From positions 115,878,001 through 115,942,000 of the forward strand of contig NC_059427.1 in the NCBI RefSeq assembly GCF_021028975.2: a stretch of DNA of 64,000 nt. The letters run 5' to 3'. The stretch comes from Sphaerodactylus townsendi. Lineage: Eukaryota. The notes beneath the pieces are model-generated. The model saw nothing but the letters and a program-made list of their open reading frames with translations. It was not told the origin of the DNA and searched no databases. Numbering within the stretch: position 1 is the stretch's first letter; the number at the start of each line of letters is the position of its first letter. The position numbers and the translations under genes are program-made. Positions 1 through 11,730 of this stretch are shown in pieces.

Positions 1-1495
1 TTCCCACAAACAACACAAAGATTGTGCCCATTTCCATTTCCACAACAGTGTTCTATAATCAACAGGTTCAGCAAAATGATACAATCCAGATGAGCGACTG
101 CTGAGAAAGTGTTACTCACCAAATTTTACTCAACTAATAATTTGAAAGTTAGCCATGTGGACAAACTATATATCAGAGTGACCAAACCGTAGCTTGTGAG
201 CCACATAATGTGAGGCTCGTAGTCGGGGAGGCTGATCTTTGGAGTGGGTTTCCCCCTCTCCTGGCCTATCTCCCACTTTGTGCATCCTTGTCACTGGCTA
301 TGCTGTTGCACTTCGCTATGGGACAGCAAGACCAGAAAGGGAGTCAATAACCTGGGCACGGCGGTCAGAGGCAGAAGTACCTATGTTGCAGAAATCAACA
401 CTGGAAGCTGGCAGCAATCTTCAGCCATCCAGTGCCCTGAGCTGGAGTTGGACCGTGGTGACAGTGGTTTTCCTGGGCCACTTCAGGCCAGGAAAACAAC
501 ATTTGGGGGTAAGGCTTAACTCCCCTCCCCTCCCCTCCCTATCCCACCCCACCCCACCCCACCCCACCATGTGCCAGAGTCTCAATGCAAATTGAGTCTC
601 CCCATAAGTTAATTTTTTTTAATTGCTGGGAGGGTATAAGATAAAACATCTGAGATTGTCTCATTTAGTCCTAAGAATGCAACCCAAATACCTACGTTAC
701 ACTCATCCAGTTAGCTTTTAACTATTTTGTTGTTGTTGTAAAACAGCAGACTTTTGAGTTTTAAAAGTGGTTATCATGTAGGTAAAGGGACTGCTGTTTG
801 AAAAACACAAGCTCCAAGTCCCTGATGAACACACAGAAGGAATTCTAGTGACCAACTTCTCTTTACAACTCGGCTACTTCTAAAGCATGCAGCCAAATTG
901 TAATTGTAAGGTACTCTGAGACTCCTCAAATTAGAGAAAGGCAAAGAATAAAAATAAAGTCCTATTATACAAGTGTAGTCTGTACTGCAGTAAGCATACA
1001 TTTCCTTCAGGGCTGATTTCTGGTTGCACACAGGTTTTGATCACTCCTGCAGTTACAGTACCGCAGATCCCAGAAGCCCTGCAGCTCTAAAGAACAGGCA
1101 AAACTTGAATTTTATCTTTGATAAGAAGGAGAAGTGGAAGAGATGGCAATGACTTACACTCTCTTCAGATTTTCTTGCTCCTCCCTACCTTTCTGCCTTC
1201 CTCCATCCAAGTTCCACCCATTTCAGAGCAATCAAGGAGGTTTTTATTGTCTTACTGCCAGTGTTCTTTCAATTCAACAATTTATCTTGCAAATGAAACA
1301 ATACTGGACAAAACATACACAAAAAAAGAAGGTGGCAAGCAGCGGAATCAAGGAAAAGGCGGGTGGGTTGTAGCTGGGAGAAATTGAGGAAGGGGCCTTT
1401 TTGCAGGAGATCCTGTGGAGACTGATTCTCAGCAGTTGGGTTTGCAAAGGGCATAATGGAAACTGGTTGAAAAATGCCAGTTCTCCCCCACCCTT

Positions 1496-1632
1496 CATAA
1501 GAACATAAGAAAGAGCCTGATGGATCAGACCAGATTCCATCAAGTTCAGCACTCTGCTACTCGCAGTGGCTCACCAGGTGCCTTTGGGAGCTCATGTGCA
1601 GGATGTGAAAGCAATGGCCTTCTGCTGCTTCC
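1496..1632 (-). mobile_element. CR1-type 3' end with (ATAAGAAC)n tail
   Basis: CATAAGAACATAAGAAAGAGCC...; the same family occurs in reverse at about 43527-43725. Confidence 0.7.
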
Positions 1633-3778
1633 CCTCTAGTTCCTCATTACAATGCAGATCAAGGGGAGAAGGATGGCAACCCCCCGCCCCCACAAATGGT
1701 TGCTTGGGAAAAACTAGGCAACTGCAGGCTGTCAAAATGGCAGATCAACTCGGATCTGCAAAAAGCCATGGAGGAACCCCACTCTGAAGTGAACAGTCAA
1801 AGGTAAGTGGGTAATGCATAATGTGCCCAACTCTTCTCCTTCTTCTAATTGAATTTATTCCCATCTTTACTGCTCATTCTAATACTTCTAAAACAATTTA
1901 GCAGACCTTATGTGCAGAAACAGAAGATGCACACAGAATGTTTTAAAATGATTTCTGTTGGATATCATGGCACAAAAAGTATTCCTTGGAAACAGGAACC
2001 TCTGGCAGTCTTTGCAAAGCCCTTTCCCAGTGCTTGAAAACTCTAGAGAAGGGAACCCCAACATCTTTGAGCCTTCAGGCATATTTGGAATTCTGACACA
2101 GCATGGTGGGTGCAGCAACAAAATGGCTGCTGCAGAAGGCAGATCCAGCCACAAATGGTTGCCACAGCTTAACTTCAGTAACACAGTGTTAATCCTTGCA
2201 CTATGGTAGCAGCTACTGCCAAACCAACATTTAAAAAACAAACAATTAAATCTACAATAGTCAATCAGAAGCCGTGCTCAAACATTTACAGTTTTAGCCA
2301 AAAAAGTACTATTAACAATATGTTTTTAACCTTGTTTTTATTTTTGGCAGTCTCATTTAATGTTAACAGAAATTACATAAATGAGTAATTATTATACAGG
2401 TGTATTTCTTAATATTTATATTAAAAGTTTGTAACAAAATGTGAATGTAATGAAAAACGTGTACTATCGTTCATGTCTTATGGCTCTCAAACATCTGAAG
2501 CTTATTCTATGTGGCTGTTATGTTAAGCAAGTTTGGCCATTCCTGCTATATATATATTCTGCTGCCCTCACCTCCCCATTCTCCTTTTTGGAGAATGGGA
2601 TGAAAGACTGATTTTGAAAAGTCTGGGAAATTCTCTCTTTTTTGGAAAGAATGCAAGAAAAGCAGCTGTAATATTTTAATCAGGTTCCCAACCTTTTTGA
2701 GCCTGGGGGAAGTTTTTGAATTGTGACACAGCGTGGTAGGCACAGCCACAAAAAGGCTCCCACAACATAGCTGCCACAGAGACAATTGTTAAATGGTTGC
2801 CGCAACACAGTGCAGATTCTTGTGATGTAGTAGCAGCTGCTGCCAAGGCGATATTTTTAAAAACCTGCACAGCAAATCAAACTTCTAACTGCCAATCAGA
2901 AGCACTTCAGAGCAAAAGCCCTGGCTTTGCCCACTTTCTAGAGTGACAGTAAGGTGTCAGCATGTCCACGGCAGTCACAGGCACCATTTCAGGGACTTGT
3001 CTTTTAAGTTGTTGATCTGACAGTCAAAGAGGAGGGGAGTAAACAAGACAGTCAAGGCTGCATTAATCTCAAAGACTTTCCCTAATAAAGCACTGTGACC
3101 TCTTGTGTACAGAAAGATGGTGAATCCCACCCAAATGTATTCAAATCTCGTAAGTCTAAGCTACCTCACAGAACTGTTGTGAGGTAAAATGGAGATGAGA
3201 ATAAAGTAAACTGCTTTGGGTCTTCACTGGATAGAAAGGTGGGGTATAAGTGAAGTAAATAAATTTTCAACTGTGATAAATAATAATAGTTCTTGTTTGT
3301 ATAATTTCACAATATCAATCCTGTGAGCCCTCCTGCTCTTCAACACAGCTAGCTGAAAGATAACTGTCAGAAGAATCTTGATATACAACATTATACAAAT
3401 ATATGCCTCATAAGATTAATTTGTTGTTTTTGCTGTCTATCAGCTGAGCTCCGAATAATGCCTGAACATGATTGGTGTTATATGACCAACCATTTCATGC
3501 ATCCTGTTGAGAACAAACTGGTTTCCAGTAACATCTAAACTGGCATGGTAATGTTTGCCCTTGCCCTTCAAACCAGGAATGCAATCAGTTTCAAACTGTA
3601 CACATTAGCTGTGCATTCACATTGGTATGTTGCCAAACTTTAAAATTTCCATGAACTGACAGACACACATGGCACTCTACAATAAAGACTGCCAGTTTTA
3701 GAACCCAGTACTAAAGCACTTAAATTAATTTACATGTTAACTGAACTGACATCCAGCTAACTGTGCTTTGGTCTAGCG

Positions 3779-3926
3779 CAGGGGTAGGGAACCTGCGGCT
3801 CTCCAGATGTTCAGGAACTACAATTCCCATCAGCCTCTGTCAGCATGGCCAATTGGCCATGCTGGTAGGGGCTGATGGGAATTGTAGTTCCTGAACATCT
3901 GGAGAGCCGCAGGTTCCCTACCCCTG
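3779..3926. mobile_element. palindromic hAT (Charlie-like) MITE
   Basis: Near-perfect 148-bp palindrome CAGGGGTAGGGAACC...GGTTCCCTACCCCTG with perfect 8-bp TSD GTCTAGCG. Confidence 0.92.
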
Positions 3927-5557
3927 GTCTAGCGTAAACAGCAGCAGCATAAGAAAGTTGTAAAATGTCCACAAATCAATCCATGGTTCATGTAAGTTTG
4001 ATGAACCTTACTGATTACAAATAAATAAAAATGTGCAAAACAGTGACATCTTTTCCACATTATGTTGTCCACCACCATCTTTTTATTCTGCTAGAGCTGT
4101 AATGCTGTGGACACCTTCGATAATTTTTTAAGAAGCATCTGCTAAACTCTCTTCAAAACGGAATCCTTTTTGGATGGCATTTCTGGGGTTGGAGCAGACT
4201 AGGGCCCTGGGGTTCAGAGTTACACCACCCCCAAAAGTGATGTAACTCCATTAAACTCTATGGAGGACTTCCAGGCAGCGGCGGGGGTGGGGGGTGAGTG
4301 GTATCTTTTGCCTGCCTCCCAACACCACCAGGAAGTCTTCTGGAGGTGGCATATCAGCAGCACCACTCCAACTGCCCGAGGAAACTGGACTGGGCTGACA
4401 ATCTGCTAAACATAGAAAGAATAGTAAAATCACAGGACAAAGAATTCTAGCAACAGACAGAACACAGAAGCCAAAGAAAAAGTGGCTGAAGCAGAAGTCA
4501 TAATTTGATGCAAGCATCTGGTTGGCAGAAGTCACAATTTATACAACATTTTCAAGAACAGAGACTTCAGCATCCATGGGGCATAAGCTATCTGCAAGAG
4601 GCTTAGAATTCCCTACTGCAACAAATCTGCTACCATTATGGAGATAATATAAAGCCAAAAAACACCACACAATCAGTTCTTTCTCCCATAGGTGCTTTCT
4701 GTAGAGAGAGGAGCTTGTGCAGTTTCCCCATTGCTGGTACATCTGCAGCTAAAGTACAGCAGCAAAAATCAAGGTGTTGATTTTTACCTTTCAAGTTCTA
4801 GGCAGCTTGCAGGTTGGGAACCTGAAGGACTGTCACCTCCCATATATTCCTCTCTGGGAATGAAGATCCCAGAAAGAGGCCCTCCTAACTGCCCCATCGA
4901 TCAAATAAGTTCATTTGGTGGGTTCACCAGAAAAGGCCTTTTCAGTAGCAGTGCCACAATTATGGAATGACATCCCCCGCAAGGCAAGCCCAGTCTTCTC
5001 ACTTTCAGTCTTTAGGAGGCAAGTGAAGACTGATTAATTTAATGACAGCCTGAAATTATTTTTAAATTCTTTTATGTATTTTATTTGATGTATTCTGTGT
5101 TAAGTCACCTTAAATTCCATAACATAGAAAGTTAGCCAATCAATGTTTTTAATAAATAAATAAATATCCCTGCAAGGGAAAGGACAACTTACTCTTTAAA
5201 AATAAGCTGGCAATTCAGAGGACCTTTCAGTCATATTGATAAAACTGGTTATCTATATATTCTATGGTAGATTTTTTTTTAAGTAACCCCCCTGAGAGGC
5301 TTAATTTCCACCATGGGCCAGAGTCAGCAGAAATGGCTGCTCTGCAGGCAGGAAAATCTTAACTTCCCCACTTGAATGGCAACCATCCAGGCTATATCCT
5401 CCCAAACATCAGAGCAAAGCAGATTTGAGAAAGACTGGGAAAAAAACAGGGAGGTGCATGAATGCACCATGGTGCTGTAGGCAAGAAGGAAAAAAAACTT
5501 TACTGTCTAATAGCACTGAACCCAGGGCAGATGACCCATGTGGAAATGGATATAGAG

Positions 5558-6000
5558 CAGTGGTGGCGAACCTATGGCACAGGTGCCAGGGGTGGCACTC
5601 AGAGCCCTCTCTGTGGGCACATGCAAACAGAGTCCCCCCACACACATCTAGGCTGGCCTGGGCTGCTGGGCATTAAACCTAAGACCTAGTTTTGGGGAAG
5701 CAGTCTAGGCAATCCTGTTAAGCGTTGTTAAAACCCCACTGATTTTCATGCGAAGAACTAAAGCACGATCCTTTACCTGGGAGTAAGCTCGGGTGCTGGC
5801 AATGGGGCTTGCTTCTGAGTAAATCTTTCTATGGTCGTGATTCACCCACTGGAAGAGTTGCATGGTTGCTTCAAAGCAAAGCCACCAACTACCACTAAGC
5901 TCACTTCTGAGTAACGCATGCCTCGGAGCCAACCGTTTTTTCTAAACTAAAACCTCAGAATTCAGGTTAAATTGCTGTGTTGGCACTTTGCGATAAATAA
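5558..6000 (+). mobile_element. hAT-family element, 3'-truncated
   Basis: Begins CAGTGGTGGCGAACCTATGGCAC, the same terminus type as the 27248/30479 MITEs. Right end not found. Confidence 0.6.
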
Positions 6001-7373
6001 GTATGTTAATTTGGTTTTCTTATGGCATTTTTTCATTCTATTTAGGAAAAATACTGCACACTTCCCTGAAAATTTTTAGTCCCAATAATACATGACTCTT
6101 TAGTTTTACTGGGAATAAAATGTGTCCCTTGTTGGTTAAAAATAAGAACTTTCACAAGAACGAGCGCTGGAAGAGAGGCAAAATAAAAGTATTCCATTTG
6201 GAAGCATGATGGCACAACAGCAGGCACAAGCTGGACCTTTTCTGTACCTCTTGTAATGCTATTCTAAAGACTCAATCAATATTTAAAAATTATCTCTATA
6301 AATTCATTTTTTAAAGATCATACGTTTGACAGCAACAAATTTATTAGAAAATATCAAATCCCAACATATATTACAGAATACCAATTCATCTTACAAGCAT
6401 TTCTTCATTTTAGATTAAATATGCACATTCAAGAACTTCAAATAAAAATGATAAATGTATGTAGTCTGTGTGCAAGATTTTTATTCACTAAACTGGGTTT
6501 ATCCAGTAGAAAGATTTGCTAGCAATGGGACATTTTGGTGTCCAATAAAGATCCCACTAAAGCATGGAAGGCAATCATAATGACATAATGAACACAACAA
6601 TTAAAAATGAAATCCATAAGAGAATGAAACAATGAAAAAAATTAACTGAGCAGAGCTTCCATTAGTCATACAAATGCGAGCTAACAATTTCTGACCTTTA
6701 GAGGTTTTAGTATTATGGGGTGTTACTGGTAACTTTTTCAGAAAAGTTGTTTCTGTAACTCCAAGGGTACATACGAAGCAATACTGGTTTCAGACGGGGG
6801 GGACCATAGTTCAGGCAGAATATACATTTTGGGCTGATAAGATCCCAGACTCAATTTGGTACCTGCAGTTGGCAAGGCTTAAAAAGGACCTCTTGTACTG
6901 CTGAAAAGTTGTGACCAGTCAAAATAGATACAGACCAATACTAAAAGGCAGCTTTGTGTGCAGTTTAATATCCAGGAGGAGAATCTTGAAGTTCTGAAAT
7001 CCAAGTGCCTTTTGAAATAACCACTTGGGTTTTTTTTTAAAAAGGCTCTTTATATGAATCAGTTGCAGTTCAACATTATCTTAAGCTGATACCTTTCATT
7101 CAAAGGATGCCACTACATTTTAACAGAAAGCAAAAAAGAATGTCCTCCATCTCAATCTGCAACCCTGCCAAAATGGATAAAAGATATTATTTATCTGTAC
7201 TGCCAGTTTAGACAGACAGAGCAATATACTTATTAGGAGTGCTGGACCCAAGTTTGACTCCCCAGTCATGCCATGGAAGTTGGGTGACCTCGGGCCAGTC
7301 ACATTCTCTCAGCTTTACCTTCCTCACAAGGCAGTTGTGAGGAGAAAAAGGAGGACAGGAGAATGATGTAAGC

Positions 7374-7808
7374 CAGTGTTTCCCAAATGGTGGGTCACCT
7401 AATGTCTGGGGCTGGGGCTGACCACCCCAGTCCTTGCTCTGAGGGCATCATCCACCTGGAGCCGGACCAGCTGGGATGATATAGCAGCTTCGGGGCTCCT
7501 CCCCAGCCAGCCGACCACTCAGAAAGGGACCAGGGCCGGAGCCGCAGCTTGCGGCAGACACTGGTGACACAAGGGAGATCGGGGTGGAAGCGGCACCCTG
7601 AGGAGTCTCCCTGACACCACTGTATGCAGATAAGGCCCTGTGTGGGGCTGAGCTCGCCCCTGCTGAGCCAGCACAGGCAGATGTATGGCAGGGTGACATA
7701 CAAATTTGTTTTATTTTACTAATAAATAGGCCATAAATTTTTTAGTGGGCCATGGAGGAGAGGTATTAAAATAACCGGGCCATGGGAAAAAAAGTTTTGG
7801 AAAAGCTG
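7374..7808 (+). mobile_element. hAT non-autonomous element nested in a SINE
   Basis: CAGTGTTTCCCAAA...TTTTGGAAAAGCTG ends with TSD ATGTAAGC/GTGTAAGC. The flanks (about 7235-7373 and 7817-7868) join into one Squam3-like SINE. Confidence 0.75.
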
Positions 7809-8066
7809 GTGTAAGCTGTTTCGGATTCCCCTTGGAAGAAACGCAAGGTAAAAACAAATTAAATAAATTCCCCTAATAAATATACCCAAGGCATATTAAT
7901 GGAATTATACACAATGGTATCACACTTGAAATCAAAATGAAAAATGGAAGCTTTGCCCATGTACTACTGCATGGCTAATCAGTAAGCTCAACAGTGGACA
8001 CATTCCCAATACCAAGAATGATATACAAATAAAAAACAACAGAATACTATAAAACATATAGCTTAC

Positions 8067-8099
8067 TTTGTGCTTTTTCACAGAAGTTTATCTGAAAGC
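8067..8099 (-). CDS. MAP2K4: MAP2K4 33-nt alternative cassette exon (G-FQINFCEKAQ-S)
   Basis: Minus strand reads ttttgctttag|GCTTTCAGATAAACTTCTGTGAAAAAGCACAAA|gtaagc. It is phase 1-1 and in frame with exon 1. The peptide matches the 11-aa insert of the long mammalian MAP2K4 isoform as recalled. Confidence 0.9.
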
Positions 8100-10888
8100 C
8101 TAAAGCAAAAAAGATAAGTTCTAGTTCATTTACTGGAAATTACAGATTTACAAAACCTTTAAAAATCACATTTAATGTTGATTTAAAAAAAATTCTGAAA
8201 CACTGAATAAAGATTTTACATAGGCAGAATTTTAGCTTGCAGTACATAGAGAGGTTTCCAATGAGCTCAGCTTTCTTGACAATATTGAGGAAAAGTTACG
8301 AGTTGTAATGTCCAACGTACCAACAGAAGAAACTATGTATGTCCAAATCAGGTCAACTACAGATGTTAAGTGCTAGTTTATTGCTAATCTAAGACAAAAT
8401 TTTAAGAACGAATGGTGATATTGCTAATCATGGTCTTATATGATACTTTCTGTGGCAAAAATACAGGTTTTCTATAGCTATATAAATAAAAGGATCCAGG
8501 GCTGCTGTGTCTTCCACAGTCCTTTTCAGTAGGCTGGTGGGATGACTCAGCAATTGAAGAGGAAGGGAGATTAAGTCTCACCCAAAGCCCTCTTCCCCAG
8601 CCGCAGGGCAGGAGCCTGGCCTGTCTACCTTGGCTTGCCCCAAACCTGCCTTTTAAAGGGATAGAATGGGATGGTTCAGTCTTGGGCTCACCCATCACCC
8701 CAAAGGAGGCAAAGAAGCTTAGCAGGGAGTTGGGAACAAAAAGGATTGGTCCTCCCCATCCCAGTGTTTTAACAGGCTACTACCCTGGCTGACCAGGGAT
8801 GTATCCAGGGTGGGGCAAGCCAGAGCACATGTCCCAGGGTGGGGCAAGCCAGAGCACATGTCCCAGGAGCCACTTGCCTGAAGAGTGCCCTGGCCACCTC
8901 TTTGCGAGACAAGAAGTCTACCAACGCTAGCCACCATACCACCTCCTCCTCTGAGCTGCTCCCAGCCAGCCTTCACTACCTGAAACAGTTTGAGCTGCTG
9001 CCTTTCCAGGTCACCCACTTCTTCCCCAGGTTTGAAGGTACCCCACCTCACCAGGGGTCAGGTGTGCAGGTGAGAGATGAGGGCACTCACCATGGTGACA
9101 TTGCAGGTGCTACATCAGCCCCGAAGGAGCAGTGCCAGAGAGTGTCAGCCAGGTCATGGCCCGTGCAATGGCAAAACACAGGGCCCACAGGCTATACTGT
9201 CACCCACTCGTCCAGCCGCCTCCATTTGTCACAGGATGCCACAGGCAGGCTGTGAGGTGAGTTGGTGCTGGCATCATGTCCACCTATGCCCTGGAGTTCA
9301 TTATTAGCCTGGCTGCAGCAGTGTGGCTTCCCATCAGGTCCCTGCATTAGGCCCGCATTATTGGCTGCCCTCCTCTCCTCAGCCAACCAGCAACATCATC
9401 TCCAGAGAAAGTCCTGCAGAAACTCCAGCGTTGGAGTGTGAAGGCGGCCACTGCAGCCACCTCCACCATGAGCTCACTCATCACTCACCTGGATACCTGC
9501 TTAACAACATCTGTTTGTAAACTGTTCGTGTTACTCACTGCATGCATAATACAAGTCAGCTGCCAAGGTAAGCCCGCAATCAGGGCAATCAGGGATTCTA
9601 GTCAGGGCTCCAGGTTTCTGTGGCAAAGCTTTGGTAAGTGTTTTCACTGCATGCAACCAGTTTTTTCAAGGGACAGGCCCTGATAGCGGAGGGCAGAATG
9701 CTAACTTAAAAAAAAATTAAAATGCAGTCCCATCTGTAAACTGATATTGTCTTTCCCCATTGGAGCTGGTCTTGGGGGGGGGGGGGGGGGGCACAATTTC
9801 AATGCTTGCCCTAAGTGCAATTTTCTGAAGATATGCCACTGTGGTGGACTTAGACCTAAGACGGGCAAGTAAATGGCCTGTAACAGCTGTGGGCCAGTGG
9901 ATGCAACTTACTCAAAGCATTGATTTCTCACTAGGCTGGGTGACAAGTATGGCCAACTCTGAGAACAGTATAGCTGTGCCTCCAACTCTGCTGGCTGCCC
10001 AGCTCTTTCCTCACCCCTCTTGATCAGGGCTTAGGTCCTAGAGGAACTGGAGGTGCTCTAGAGGGTTGGAAGGGCCAGCGCTGATCAGCTGGGCAACCCT
10101 GGAGAAGTTGGTAAGTGTGAGCATGGGGATACTAATCTTGGACACCAGTGTATTGGGGAGACTTCCCATGTTTATATTTGAACTAGAGGACGGGCACTAA
10201 ATGCCTCTGGATGTGGATGTACAGTTCATCATTGTAATTAATTAAGATTTATTGTTCACATGGTCCAAGATAAATTACTTCAGATTCACAAAAGAACCAC
10301 ACACAGATGCAATTTAACTAATATAAAATATGTCAATTAAAATACTGTTATCTAATTTATTTTGAATAATTTATGCCACTTCGGATAACTGTGGGGACAA
10401 GCAAACTACTGTTCATAGCTTTGGCACCTACTGTCTTTCTACTAAAAGTTGTGTTTCACCATTCTCTGGCTTGCAAAATTTTTCAAGCACACTATCTAAG
10501 CTATTTAAATGAAAGCTGAAAATACTGAAATGATGAATCTGTGGCTAACACCAAATTACCTGCTTCCAACAGAATTACAAATACATGAAGTCACAGAATA
10601 TATAATGTGCTCTTCATATGACTTCATATTGTACAAACTTAATTTTATAAAGTTTACCATGTTTGCCATTTGTAGTAGAACTGAGGTTAGAGTGGAATTA
10701 CTGTGGACCAGCCAGTACTTTGTATACATCGCTAGGGTACTCAAACCAGGAATCTAGTTCTGTCTCTTGTTTCACTAGATCACACTGGGTGTCAAGGATA
10801 CCAGCTAGCTAAGTAGTTAATAGAGTGTGTATCAGACCTTGTGCAAAATCATACATATAAAAATATGAACGGTATAAACAGTAAGTAC

Positions 10889-11730
10889 CTGGGTGAAATT
10901 AACTAAATCGTGATTTAAATCATGACTCAGACTAGATTTAAATCATCATTTTCTATACTCTTTCACATCATCCTGCCATTATAGGTTTTCTCCTCCAGAG
11001 AGAAAATAACACGATAAAGCTAAGGCTATATTCATAAAGTTCCTAAGACTTGTAGAGTATTCTACTCAAAAAGTTTCACTTTCATTTTTACTATCTGCCC
11101 TACCCTCCTCATACTTAGCTTGTTGTGCAGCTCTATTCCACTCCAAACAAACTTCTATTCATTCAGCTTCTTGAAACTTAGCACTTAAGGGGTAAGGGGT
11201 TAATTCTGGACCAATGGGATTAAAGTATTTTCCTCAACTGTATATGTTTATTTTATTCGCTATCATGAAGAGGCATGTTATCTTTGCAGACACAAATTTA
11301 CAGTTTTGAGAATTCCCAAACCAAGTACTGTGATCATATCTTCTAGAAAAAAAAACCTGCCCAAAATAATCTTACAGAACCAATGGCGTAGTGCCAAGGG
11401 GACGGGGGGGTGCGCAACGCATCGGGGGCACCCGCCACAGGGGCACGGCAGGGGCGGATGGGGGCATGGCAGGGGCGCAGTTCCCCCTCGCTCCGCCCCT
11501 GTACAGAAACCCTCCGGAAGAGCATGACATTATAAATAGATTAATGGACTTAATCTACCCAAAATTTTAAACATTGCATGAGTATACAGCCTCATGCCAC
11601 ATAATTAATAACTAATCCTTATTTCATAATGAATAACCTTTGAAGCGTCTTGTATCTTAAATAGAAAACTATCCAATTTAAATAAAAATCAGATTTTTAA
11701 AAAGAAAAATCATTCATTTTTTTTCCACCA
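10889..11730. mobile_element. AT-rich DNA transposon relic (hAT-like) with a GC-rich insert at about 11381-11510
   Basis: GATTTAAATC subterminal repeats. Its right part matches a second copy at about 45780-45955. Confidence 0.5.

Noticed and set aside
1-8000. MAP2K4 constitutive exon 2 (KRKALKLNFANPP) or an intronic miRNA
   Set aside because: Not found by eye; exon 2 presumably lies left of the window. The only strong hairpin seen here is the hAT MITE at 3779.
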